Part shown: positions 10,767 to 23,400 of the stretch, piece after piece
Layout: every line of letters begins with the position of its first letter
How positions within the stretch are numbered: position 1 is the stretch's first letter
DNA from: Nemertoderma westbladi
Taxonomy: Eukaryota; Animalia; Xenacoelomorpha
NCBI GenBank assembly: GCA_032718475.1
Contig: JAUCBJ010001536.1
Span: 1-61,083, forward strand
Reading direction: 5' to 3'
DNA: 61,083 nt
The notes under the pieces: generated by a model
The model's input: only the letters and a program-made list of their open reading frames with translations
The model's database searches: none
What the model was told of the DNA's origin: nothing
Translations under genes and position numbers: made by a program

Positions 10767-12572
10767 TTACCCAACAAGGTGTAGTAAAAGGTTTAGGCCC
10801 ATGAGTGTGTTGTGGTCTTTGGGAACCGAACCCAACAAGGTGAGGTAAAGGTTTAGGCCCAGGAGTGGGTTGTGGTCTTTGGGAACCGAACCCAACAAGG
10901 TGCAGTAAAGGTTTAGGCCCAGGAGTGGGTTGTGGTCTTTGGGACCCGAACCCAACAAGGTGAGGTAAAGGTTTAGGCCCAGGAGTGGGTTGTGGTCTTT
11001 GGGAACCGAACCCAACAAGGCGTAGTAAAAGGTTTAGGCCCATGAGTTGGTTGTGGTCTTTGGGAACCGAACCCAACAAGGTGTAGAAAAGGTTTAGGCC
11101 CGGGAGTGGGTTGTGGTCTTTGGGAACCGAACCCAACAAGGTGTAGTAAAGGTTTAGGCCCAGGAGTGGGTTGTGGTCTTTGGGAACCGAACCCAACAAG
11201 GTGTAGTAAAGGTTTAGGCCCAGGAGTGGGTTGTGGTCTTTGGGAACCGAACCCAACAAGGTGTAGTAAAGGTTTAGGCCCAGGAGTGGGTTGTGGTCTT
11301 TGGGAACCGCCCAACCCAACAAGGTGTAGTAAAGGTTTAGGCCCAGGAGTGGGTTGTGGTCTTTGGGAACCGAACCCAACCCAACAAGGTGTAGTAAAGG
11401 TTTAGGCCCAGGAGTGGGTTGTGGTCTTTGGGAACCGAACCCAACAAGGTGTAGTAAAGGTTTAGGCCCAGGAGTGGGTTGTGGTCTTTGGGAACCGAAC
11501 CCAACAAGGTGTAGTAAAGGTTTAGGCCCAGGAGTGGGTTGTGGTCTTTGGGAACCGAACCCAACAAGGTATAGTAAAGGTTTAGGCCCAGGAGTGGGTT
11601 GTGGTCTTTGGGAACCGAACCCAACAAGGTGTAGTAAAGGTTTAGGCCCAGGAGTGGGTTGTGGTCTTTGGGAACCGAACCCAACAAGGTGTAGTAAAGG
11701 TTTAGGCTCAGGAGTGGGTTGTGCTCTTTGGGAACCGAACCCAACAAGGTGTAGTAAAGGTTTAGGCCCAGGAGTGGGTTGTGGTCTTTGGGAACCGAAC
11801 CCAACAAGGTGTAGTAAAGGTTTAGGCCCAGGAATGGGTTGTGGTCTTTGGGAACCGAACCCAACAAGGTGTAGTAAAGGTTTAGGCCCAGGAGTGGGTT
11901 GTGGTCTTTGGGAACCGAACCCAACAAGGTGTAGTAAAGGTTTAGGCCCAGGAGTGGGTTGTGGTCTTTGGGAACCTTACCCAACAAGGTGTAGTAAAGG
12001 TTTAGGCCCAGGAGTGGGTTGTGGTCTTTGGGAACCGAACCCAACAAGGTGTAGTAAAGGTTTAGGCCCAGGAGTGGGTTGTGGTCTTTGGGAACCGAAC
12101 CCAACCCAACAAGGTGTAGTAAAGGTTTAGGCCCAGGAGTGGGTTGTGGTCTTTGGGAACCGAACCCAACAAGGCGTAGTAAAGGTTTAGGCCCAGGAGT
12201 GGGTTGTGGTCTTTGGGAACCGAACCCAACCCAACAAGGTGTAGTAAAGGTTTAGGCCCAGGAGTGGGTTGTGGTCTTTGGGAACCTTACCCAACAAGGT
12301 GTAGTAAAAGGTTTAGGCCCAGGAGTGGGTTGTGGTCTTTGGGAACCTTACCCAACAAGGTGTAGTAAAAGGTTTAGGCCCAGGAGTGGGTTGTGGTCTT
12401 TGGGAACCGAACCCAACAAGGTGTAGTAAAGGTTTAGGCCCAGGAGTGGGTTGTGCTCTTTGGGAACCGAACCCAACAAGGTGTAGTAAAGGTTTAGGCC
12501 CAGGAGTGGGTTGTGGTCTTTGGAACCGTACCCAACAAGGTGTAGTAAAGGTTTAGGCCCAGGAGTGGGTTG
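10767..12572. repeat. 60-bp tandem repeat, ~30 copies, between convergent genes
   Basis: Unit ccaacaaggtgtagtaaaggtttaggcccaggagtgggttgtggtctttgggaaccgaac; occasional 1- and 5-bp indels. Confidence 0.98.
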
Positions 12573-12786
12573 AATATCGTAATGTAAAAAATCTATTTTA
12601 CAATAAATTTGGGAAATTGACTGGTCACCATTATCTAACCTATACACTGACACAAATTCGAGCTTATCATTTTTCGAAAATAGTCTTGAGCATATCTTAG
12701 ATAAATATGCACCAATTATTAGGAAGCAATTAAGCGTTAATTAAGCAATTATGCGTTACTCTAAGTTAGTCTGTGAGGAGTCTCTA

Positions 12787-13980
12787 TTAATTAGTGCAGT
12801 TGAGGTACATTTCACTATAACCAGTGAAGTTATCGCTACCCTCCCAACCACTGTCTTTAACGTCCCCATTGAGGTCCGTTCTAGACTCCTTTGTGTGCCA
12901 CCAACCGCTTCGTCTATCTTCAGCCAATGACGTGCGGTTATCATCATCGTTATCTCTATCTTTCGTCGAGAACTGTTTCCCTTTAGCTCCGGCCATTCCA
13001 TTCTCTAAATCATCACGGTCACTCTCCCATGTTTCGTATTGAAGGGTGTAGTTTGAATCTTCTGCTCCGACCTTCACGTTACTATAATAATGTTTGGAAG
13101 TAAATTGTTTCCTTAATAAATCGGGTGGTAACATTTCATGGACATTTAACTTAATGACTAGATCGCATTTACAACTTTCCGTTATCTGATGAATCGTCTC
13201 CAAACCCTTCCAGAAAATACCTCTACTCTTGGTACCAAAACCACCTTTATATTCCTCCCAATTTTTATTGAAATTATTGGCATTATAGATGTTATGTTTC
13301 TGTATTAGGAAGGTTTCTAATGTTCCCTGAGTCGTACCAGTAATTGTGGTTATTATCGAGGCACCTGTCTCCGTTGTTATGATACCTTCAGTGGCCTCGG
13401 TTGTAGAGGAGGCACCGTCTGTGGTCGAAGGTGTGGTACTTTCAGCGGCCTCGGTTGTAGAGGAGGAACCATCTGTGGTCATTGGTGGGGTACTTTCAGC
13501 GGCCACGGTTGTAGAGGAGGCACCATCTGTAGTCGTTGGTTCGTTACTTTCAGCGGCCTCGGTTGTCGAGGAGGCACCATCTGTGGCCGTTGGTGTGGAA
13601 CTTACAGCGGCCTCGGTTGTAGAGTAGGCCCCATCTGTATCTGAAACTTCTGTTACATTTATTGGGGTAATGGTGGTCGACTTAGCTGGTCCAGGCTGTA
13701 ACAACACCATTAATAATATTACAGTTATAAGAATTGCCAGAATAGATGATAATATTCCGAATGCAAGTTTAACCTCTTTATTCGGATCTTCCATCATTCT
13801 GTTCAGCCAGTTTGATTGTACTGCATCGTTGGGCTGAGGTGAGATCGGAATGTTCGCCTCAACGTTTTCTTCTTGTATTTGCGTCGGCCGCTCAACTTCC
13901 TCCAATTCAATTTCTTCCACAGCCGTTGCATAAGAACTCTGTGATGAAGATTGACTGGTTCTATTGAACAAAGACGCCAT
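12787..13980 (-). CDS. Type II membrane protein with Thr/Ser-rich mucin stalk and C-terminal fibrinogen-related domain (FReD/FIBCD1-like topology)
   Basis: Single TM (LAFGILSSILAILITVILLMVLL), 18-aa TDGASSTTEAA repeats x5, FReD motifs FNKNWEEYKGGFG, FWKGLETIHQIT, FSTKDRDND, GWW, DLNG; likely start MASLF at 13980. Confidence 0.88.
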   Translation of the reverse strand: MASLFNRTSQSSSQSSYATAVEEIELEEVERPTQIQEENVEANIPISPQPNDAVQSNWLNRMMEDPNKEVKLAFGILSSILAILITVILLMVLLQPGPAKSTTITPINVTEVSDTDGAYSTTEAAVSSTPTATDGASSTTEAAESNEPTTTDGASSTTVAAESTPPMTTDGSSSTTEAAESTTPSTTDGASSTTEATEGIITTETGASIITTITGTTQGTLETFLIQKHNIYNANNFNKNWEEYKGGFGTKSRGIFWKGLETIHQITESCKCDLVIKLNVHEMLPPDLLRKQFTSKHYYSNVKVGAEDSNYTLQYETWESDRDDLENGMAGAKGKQFSTKDRDNDDDNRTSLAEDRRSGWWHTKESRTDLNGDVKDSGWEGSDNFTGYSEMYLNCTN

Positions 13981-14772
13981 GATCACTTTTCTACATATTT
14001 TTAGCATTAAGCTGATTATTGTTAGAATGTGAGACAATACTCGTTTGTGCGGTCTCTAATTGAGGTCTGAGATCCGAAATGCATATTGAAACAATAAAAA
14101 TAGGCCTACATACAGTATTTAGGCAAAAAAATGCAAACCTGGATTACTTAAGTAAATGTTACGTACAGGCGGAGCTACTGCGACTATTAAAATGTTCTAG
14201 AACAAGTATTTATTATAGTAACAAATACATTTAACATAAATATACCATAATACTATAGTCGAGTAGACCCTAACCTAAAATATTAAGAGGACGTGAAAAT
14301 TTGGTGCAACTGAGATTTTGTTTTTTAAGTTTCTAGGCAATTCGGTGGTGTTGATTCCGAAATCCGGTTTAACCCAAGCGTGAAAAGTTGAGCATTTTGT
14401 TCTAGAAGCATTTATTCTAGAATAAGACTTTTGTTGGGATACCACTGTTTGGTCGATATAATTTAATTATTTAAATATATTTGACTATTAGAATACACCC
14501 GATGACAATCTGTAGAAACAACTTATTAGATATGAAACCATGTTAAACCGTATAACTATAGCAACGCGAATTTCATTATTAATTGTATGCGGATGAATAA
14601 ATAATATGAGGAAAAATTATCGACCCTCCTATATGATGGTGTATGTCACATTTTGGGGAGCGGTATTCTAGAACTGTGTTCTGGAGTATTAATATTTGAA
14701 AACTATTTTCTAAAATGTTAGGCAATTAAACAGCATGGGGCAGATACAAAATACTCATTTGGTTCTCCCATA

Positions 14773-16214
14773 CACCATGAACCGTAATATCATGTCATTT
14801 TCTGATGACACGGACCCCCCCCCCCCCCCCCCCCCACAGATTTTTCTACAAATCTTTATCATATTGCTTGACCTTTGAAACACAACTAGTTCCACTCACC
14901 GTGGTTGAACCGATGACGGCGGAATTTTCGATTTTACCTTAAAAATTTTTTATAAGCGTTTTAAAAAAGTGTCTTTTGCGAAATCGCACCCTCAGTATCG
15001 TGGCCAATCTTCGCATTTGTCGTAACATTTACATATCATTAAAAAGCTTGCCTTGCAAGTATTCGAAATATGCAACAATATCTGAATTTCGTTGAGAAAC
15101 AACTGAGATAAAGGCGTTCAAAGATTGCAAGAATTATCGTTCGCGGTAGGCCATTTACTCTATTTAATAAATACACATTTTGTTTAAATATGAATGTGCA
15201 AATCATTGCGCACCATTTGTGTAACAAATCTGGGGCTACCGCAGTACCGGTAGCGATACTACGGTACAGCAGTATACTGTCAATAATATCGAAAACTATT
15301 CTTGATACAACGTTCGATCTCTAATCTCATAAACAGATAATGAATACATAAGCCTATCACCAAAACAGTACATAATGCACAAACATACTGTACATGCTGA
15401 GGGGAACCACGCCAATATGAACACCCAACCGACTGCGGGATTCGGTCAGGACTGGGCCGGCGACGAGTGGGCGGCTACGACACCTTCCGCCACAGGGCAG
15501 ACTACACCCTCGGCTGGAGGCGCCAGTGATTGGGGCGGGGCCAACGAGGCGTGGCGATTGGTGGAACGAACGGGGAACGGCGGTGGAGAAACTGTTGAGT
15601 GGAACTTTGGTGAAATGTTATTGTCTGGCGTCCTTACTAATTAATTATTGTGCTAAATTGATTTAGTTTCATTATACTATATTATATTTTATGACATACT
15701 GTACATTACTTGTTATAATTTTATAACAATGAATAGCTACACAATAGATCTATTGGATAGGCATTCCGCTGTTGCCAACCAACTCATAAAATAAATAACA
15801 CGTTCTAGAATTTTGTATATTTATTAAATAGAATAAATGGCCTCCAGCGAACAATAATTCTTGCAATCTTTGAACGCCCATATCTCAGCCGTTTCTCAAC
15901 GAAATTCAAACATTGTTACTTATATTGAATCCATTCCATGCAACGCAAGCTTTCTAATGATATGATAAAATTACGACCAATGTGAAGAATGGCTACGATA
16001 CAGAGGGTGCGATTTCGGAAAAGACACTTTTTCAACACGCTTATAAAAATTTTAAACGCAAAATCGAAAATTCCGGCTTCATGGTAACAACCACGGTGAG
16101 TTGAACTAGTTGTGTTTCAAATTTCAAGCAATATGATAAAGATTTGTAGAAAAATTTGGGGGGGGGGGGGGGTCCGTGTCATGAGAAAATGACACTATAT
16201 TACGGGACATGGTG
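14773..16214. mobile_element. Non-autonomous DNA transposon with ~410-bp terminal inverted repeats, TA-flanked
   Basis: 14773-~15180 is the diverged reverse complement of ~15815-16214 (incl. polyC/polyG tract); TA|CACCATG ... CATGGTG|TA. Confidence 0.8.
15417..15557 (+). pseudogene. RPSA: Fragment resembling the C-terminal tail of 40S ribosomal protein SA (RPSA/uS2)
   Basis: GC-rich island encoding GFGQDWAGDEWAATT...GGASDWGGANEAW; DW/EW repeats and DWGG..W end typical of metazoan RPSA; followed by CGA (possible mutated TGA); no uS2 core nearby. Confidence 0.55.
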
Positions 16215-16818
16215 TATAAGTATATATTATATAAGAAATTCCTCAACCAACTTGTTATTTTTTATAGGTTTGTAATCCAAGTTTATGTACGTAACGTCGT
16301 ACATACAAAATGTACTTGATCAAGTATCTTAATTCAGTTACACCACCCCTTTCCTTATCAAAGACAGAGTTTTCAGGTTACAGTCCCCTTCCCAAAATTA
16401 AATAAAAACAAGGCCACTGTTAAATTTACTCTTCTAACTGGAGAGTCCCCCATATCTAGAGAGCCACCACGTCCCTACCTATCTAGAGAGTCCCCACCTA
16501 TCTTGAGAATCTCCTCTTATCTGGAGGCATTTGAGGTCAAATTCATATCACAAAGAGTATAAAAGTAAATAATTCATAGAATAATATTTATAATATAGAA
16601 TAGTAATATTATATAGTTGTATAACGTTATTCTGCAACATTTGGACAAAAACTTGGACGATAAACAACTGTGAAACAGACGTTGCAGAAAACTTAAATAA
16701 ATAATAGGAATTACAAGCTATTTACAGTTTAATTTATTAGTTTGTTCGACTTAGTTCTTTCATCCAAATCCCCTAACGACTTTATAAACTTGTTGGTGTT
16801 GTTTATATCGCATTTCAT

Positions 16819-16926
16819 TTAATCATCTTCCTCTTCTTCTTCCATTTCTTCTCCTCCCTCCTCCTCCAAAGCCTCTTGTTGAGCGGCTCTCAAGGCAGCT
16901 TCCTCCTCCACTGTCGGGTCATCAAC
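16819..16926 (-). CDS. RSPH4A: Radial spoke head RSPH4/6 family, terminal exon
   Basis: attctAG acceptor; VDDPTVEEEAALRAAQQEALEEEGGEEMEEEEEDD-stop. Confidence 0.92.
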   Translation of the reverse strand, partial: VDDPTVEEEAALRAAQQEALEEEGGEEMEEEEEDD

Positions 16927-16928
16927 CT

Positions 16929-19755
16929 AGAATACAGTGTAAGAATAACTTACATGTTTAATATAAGTATATTACAGTGTAAGAATAACTTACATGTTTA
17001 ATTAAGGAGAATACAGTGTAAGAATAACTTACATGTTAAATATAAGGAGAATACAGTGTAAGAATAACTTACATGTTTAATATAAGTAAAATACAGTGTA
17101 AGAATAACTTACATGTTTAATTAAGGAGAATACAGTGTAAGAATAACTTACATGTTAAATATAAGGAGAATACAGTGTAAGAATAACTTACATGTTTAAT
17201 ATAAGTAAAATACAGTGTAAGAATAACTTACATGTTTAATTAAGGAGAATACAGTGTAAGAATAACTTACTACATGTTAAATATAAGGAGAATACAGTGT
17301 AAGAATAACTTACATGTTTAATATAAGTAAAATACAGTGTAAGAATAACTTACATGTTTAATTAAGGAGAATACAGTGTAAGAATAACTTACATGTTAAA
17401 TATAAGGAGAATACAGTGTAAGAATAACTTACATGTTTAATATAAGTAAAATACAGTGTAAGAATAACTTACATGTTTAATTAAGGAGAATACAGTGTAA
17501 GAATAACTTACATGTTAAATATAAGGAGAATACAGTGTAAGAATAACTTACATGTTTAATATAAGGAGAATACAGTGTAAGAATAACTTACATGTTTAAT
17601 ATAAGTAAAATACAGTGTAAGAATAACTTACATGTTTAATTAAGGAGAATACAGTGTAAGAATAACTTACATGTTAAATATAAGGAGAATACAGTGTAAG
17701 GATAACTTACATGTTTAATTAAGGAGAATACAGTGTAAGAATAACTTACATGTTAAATATAAGGAGAATACAGTGTAAGAATAACTTACATGTTAAATAT
17801 AAGGAGAATACAGTGTAAGAATAACTTACATGTTTAATATAAGTAAAATACAGTGTAAGAATAACTTACATGTTTACTATAAGGAGAATACAGTGTAAGA
17901 ATAACTTACATGTTAAATATAAGGAGAATACAGTGTAAGAATAACTTACATGTTTAATATAAGGATAATACAGTGTAAGAATAACTTACATGTTTAATAT
18001 AAGGAGAATACAGTGTAAGAATAACTTACATGTTTACTATAAGTAAAATACAGTGTAAGAATACCTTACATGTTTAATATAAGGAGAATACAGTGTAAGA
18101 ATAACTTACATGTTTAATATAATGAGAATACAGTGTAAGAATAACTTACATGTTTAATATAAGGAGAATACAGTGTAAGAATAACTTACATGTTTAATAT
18201 AAGGAGAATACAGTGTAAGAATAACTTACATGTTAAATATAAGGAGAATACAGTGTAAGAATAACTTACATGTTTAATATAAGTATATTACAGTGTAAGA
18301 ATAACTTACATGTTTAATTAAGGAGAATACAGTGTAAGAATAACTTACATGTTAAATATAAGGAGAATACAGTGTAAGAATAACTTACATGTTTAATATA
18401 AGTAAAATACAGTGTAAGAATAACTTACATGTTTAATTAAGGAGAATACAGTGTAAGAATAACTTACATGTTAAATATAAGGAGAATACAGTGTAAGAAT
18501 AACTTACATGTTTACTATAAGTAAAATACAGTGTAAGAATACCTTACATGTTTAATATAAGGAGAATATAGTGTAAGAATAACTTACATGTTTAATATAA
18601 GTAAAATACAGTGTAAGAATAACTTACATGTTTAATTAAGGAGAATACAGTGTAAGAATAACTTACATGTTAAATATAAGGAGAATGCAGTGTAAGAATA
18701 ACTTACATGTTTAATTAAGGAGAATACAGTGTAAGAATAACTTACATGTAATATAAGGAGAATACAGTGTAAGAATAACTTACATGTTAATTAAATATAA
18801 GGAGAATACAGTGTAAGAATAACTTACATGTTAAATATAAGGAGAATACAGTGTAAGAATAACTTACATGTTAAATATAAGGAGAATACAGTGTAAGAAT
18901 AACTTACATGTTTAATATAAGTAAAATACAGTGTAAGAATAACTTACATGTTTAATTAAGGAGAATACAGTGTAAGAATAACTTACATGTAATATAAGGA
19001 GAATACAGTGTAAGAATAACTTACATGTTAATTAAATATAAGGAGAATACAGTGTAAGAATAACTTACATGTTAAATATAAGGAGAATACAGTGTAAGAA
19101 TAACTTACATGTTAAATATAAGGAGAATACAGTGTAAGAATAACTTACATGTTTAATATAAGTAAAATACAGTGTAAGAATAACTTACATGTTTAATTAA
19201 GGAGAATACAGTGTAAGAATAACTTACATGTTTAATATAAGGAGAATACAGTGTAAGAATAACTTACATGTTTAAAATAAGGAGAATACAGTGTAAGAAT
19301 AACTTACATGTTTAATATAAAGAGAATACAGTGTAAGAATAACTTACATATTAAATATAAGGAGAATACAGTGTAAGAATAACTTACATGTTTAATATAA
19401 GGAGAATACAGTGTAAGAATAACTTACATGTTTAATATAAGGAGAATACAGCGTAACTTACATGTTTAATATAAGGATAATACAGTGTAAGAATAACTTA
19501 CATGTTTAATATAAGTATATTACAGTGTAAGAATAACTTACATGTTTAATATAAGGAGAATATACTGTGTAAGAATAACTTACATGCTTAATATAAGGAG
19601 AATATACTGTGTAAGAATAACTTACATGTTTAATATAAGGAGAATACAGTGTAAGAATAAATTGCATGTTTAATATAAGGAGAATATACTGTGTAAGAAT
19701 ACCTTACATGTTTAATATAAGGAGAATACAGTGTAAGAATAACTTACATGTGTAA
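16929..19755. repeat. ~40-bp intronic minisatellite, ~70 copies
   Basis: Unit aatacagtgtaagaataacttacatgtttaatataaggag; fills last RSPH4/6 intron and ends at its acceptor. Confidence 0.98.
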
Positions 19756-19825
19756 TGTAAGGGAATGCAATGTAAGTATATCTGACATGTATACTAATAT
19801 ACCGAGTGCGTAATGTAATTCTTAC

Positions 19826-20058
19826 CTCCGTTATATCTGGTCCGCTCGCATGTTCTGTCATTACTGGTGGTGGTGGGGGCGGACTGTAGTTCTCCGACGA
19901 GTATTTGTGGCCCCATCCGAGGTAAAGGTTCTCAAACATTTTGTCTTTGGCCACGGCCACCGCCCCGGGCCACAGATTGGACCTCACCACGGCAACGGCG
20001 ATCTCCCTGGCGAACTTATGGGAAAGTTTTACGCTCCATGGCGGAACTCCGTTGATCT
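19826..20058 (-). CDS. RSPH4A: RSPH4/6 exon
   Basis: ttttcAG / GTAAGA; EINGVPPWSVKLS...AVAVVRSNLWPGA...FENLYLGWGHKY..ENYSP. Confidence 0.95.
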
Positions 20059-20331
20059 CTGAAAACATTTTATTTACAAGATTATAAATAAAAAGATTAT
20101 CATTTTTCAACTATTTAGACATTATCATATAGGTTTGGTGTATGGGGGGGGGGGGGGGGGGGGGGAGTGATTTATTTGTTTCTAGTAGTTTTTGTAATGT
20201 CTACTCCCACCCCAGTAATAATACCTAATGTAAAAATGGTAAAATAACAAGCGGAATGATATAAATAAAAGTTACCACCAACATTATCAAATAAATGGAA
20301 CGAAAACTATCCAATAGGAAGAGAGACTCAC

Positions 20332-20473
20332 CCGCATCTTCACTGATAGGTGTGAGTAAAGGAGGTCCAACTTCCGGTTCGGGTTCATCGGGTTCTTCCT
20401 TCTCATCCTCGTCTTCTTCATCCTCAAACTCTTCGTCACCCTTCTGGGAAGGATTGAACCAGGAACATCGGCC
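20332..20473 (-). CDS. RSPH4A: RSPH4/6 exon
   Basis: ttttAG / GTGAGT; [15 protein letters not shown]...[16 protein letters not shown]; phases 0/1 fit neighbours. Confidence 0.93.
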
Positions 20474-23400
20474 CTAAAAGAACAAAGGAAGGATTGAACC
20501 AGGAACATCGGCCTTAAAATAACAAATGAAGGATTGAACCAGGAACATCGGCCCTAAAAGAACAAAGGAAGGATTGAACCAGGAACATCGGCTTTAAAAT
20601 AACAAAGGAAGGATGAACCAGGAACATCGGCCCTAAAATAACAAAGGAATGATTGAACCAGGAACATCGGCCTTAAAATAACAAAGGAAGGCTGAACCAG
20701 GAACATCGGCCCTAAAAGAACAAAGGAAGGATTGAACCAGAAATATCGGCCCTTAAAGAACAAAGGAAGGATTGAACCAGGAACATCGGCCCTAAAATAA
20801 CAAAGGAATGATTGAACCAGGAACATCGGCCTTAAAATAACAAAAGAAGGCTGAACCAGGAACATCGGCCCTAAAAGAACAAAGGAAAGATTGAACCAGG
20901 AACATCGGCTCTAAAAGAATAAAGGAAGGATTGAACCAGGAACAGCGGCCCTTAAAGAACAAAGGAAGGATTGAACCAGGAACATCGGCCCTAAAATAAC
21001 AAAGGAATGATTGAACCAGGAACATCGGCCTTAAAATAACAAAGGAAGGCTGAACCAGGAACATCGGCCCTAAAAGAACAAAGGAAGGATTGAACCAGAA
21101 ATATCGGCCCTTAAAGAACAAAGGAAGGATTGAACCAGAAATATCGGCCCTTAAAGAACAAAGGAAGGATTGAACCAGGAACATCGGCCTTAAAATAACA
21201 AAGGAAGGCTGAACCAGGAACATCGGCCCTAAAAGAACAAAGGAAGGATTGAACCAGGAACATCGGCCTTAAAATAACAAAGGAAGGATGAACGAGGAAC
21301 ATCGGCTCTAAAAGAACAAAGGAAGGATTGAACCAGGAACATCGGCTTTAAAATAACAAAGGAAGGATGAACCAGGAACATCGGCCCTAAAAGAACAAAG
21401 AAAGGATTGAACCAGGAACATCGGCCCTAAAATAACAAAGGAATGATTGAACCAGGAACATCGGCCTTAAAATAACAAAGGAAGGCTGAACCAGGAACAT
21501 CGGCCCTTAATTGAACAAAGGAAGGATTGAACCAGGAACATCGGCCCTAAAATAACAAAGGAATGATTGAACCAGGAACATCGGCCTTAAAATAACAAAG
21601 GAAGGCTGAACCAGGAACATCGGCCCTTAATTGAACAAAGGAAGGATTGAACCAGGAACATCGGCCCTAAAATAACAAAGGAATGATTGAACCAGGAACA
21701 TCGGCCCTTAAAGAACAAAGGAAGGATTGAACCAGGAACATCGGCCCTTAAAGGACAAAGGAAGGATTGAACCAGGAACATCGGCCCTTAAAGAACAAAG
21801 GAAGGATTGAACCAGGAACATCGGCCCAAAAATAACAAAAGAATGATTGAACCAGGAACATCTGCCTTAAAATACCAAAGGAAGGATTGAACCAGGAACA
21901 TCGGCCCTAAAAGAACAAATTAAGGATTGAACCAGGAATATCGGCCCTAAAATAACAAAGGAATGATTGAACCAGGAACATCGGCCTTAAAATAACAAAG
22001 GAAGGATGAACGAGGAACATCGGCTCTAAAAGAACAATGGAAGGATTGAACCAGGAACATCGGCCCTTAAAGAACAAAGGAAGGATTGAACCAGGAACAT
22101 CGGCCCTTAAAGAACAAAGGAAGGATGAACCAGGAACATCGGCCCTTAAAGAACAAAGGAAGGATTGAACCAGGAACATTGGCCCTTAAAGAACGAAGGA
22201 AGGATTGAACCAGGAACATCGGCCCTTAAAGAACAAAGGAAGGATTGAACCAGCAACATCGGCCCTTAAAGAACAAAGGAAGGATTGAACCAGGAACATC
22301 GGCCCTTAAAGAACAAATGAAGGATTGGACCAGGAACATCGGCCCTAAAATAACAAAGGAATGATTGAAACAGGAACATCGGCTCTAAAAGAACAAAGGA
22401 AGGATTGAACCAGGAACATCGGCCCTTAAAGAACAAAGGAAGGATTGAACCAGGAACATCGGCCCTAAAATATCAAAGGAATGATTGAACCAGGAACATC
22501 GGCCTTAAAATAACAAAGGAAGGCTGAACCAGGAACATCGGCCCTAAAAGAACAAAGGAAGGATTGAACCAGAAATATCGGCCCTTAAAGAACAAAGGAA
22601 GGATTGAACCAGGAACATCGGCCCTAAAATAACAAAGGAATGATTCAACCAGGAACATCGGCCTTAAAATAACAAAAGAAGGCTGAACCAGGAACATCGG
22701 CCCTAAAAGAACAAAGGAAAGATTGAACCAGGAACATCGGCTCTAAAAGAATAAAGGAAGGATTGAACCAGAAACAGCGGCTCTTAAAGAACAAAGGAAG
22801 GATTTAACCAGGAACATCGGCCCTAAAATAACAAAGGAATGATTGAACCAGGAACATCGGCCTTAAAATAACAAAGGAAGGCTGAACCAGGAACATCGGC
22901 CCTAAAAGAACAAAGGAAGGATTGAACCAGAAATATCGGCCCTTAAAGAACAAAGGAAGGATTGAACCAGAAATATCGGCCCTTAAAGAACAAAGGAAGG
23001 ATTGAACCAGGAACATCGGCCTTAAAATAACAAAGGAAGGCTGTACCAGGAACATCGGCCCTAAAAGAACAAAGGAAGGATTGAACCAGGAACATCGGCC
23101 CTAAAAGAACAAAGGAAGGATGAACCAGGAACATCGGCTCTAAAAGAACAAAGGAAGGATTGAACCAGGAACATCGGCCCTTAAAGAACAAAGGAAGGTT
23201 TGAACCAGGAACATCGGCATCGGCCCTACAAGAACAAAGGAAGGATGAACCAGGAACATCGGCTCTAAAAGAACAAAGGAAGGATTGAACCAGGAACATC
23301 GGCCCTAAAAGAACAAAGGAAGGATAAACCAGGAACATCGGCTCTAAAAGAACAAAGGAAGGATTGAACCAGGAACATCGGCCCTTAAAGAACAAAGGAA

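Noticed and set aside
10744-12653. Long repetitive ORFs in the 60-bp array
   Set aside because: Artefact of a stop-free unit; frames broken by 1- and 5-bp indels, no credible start
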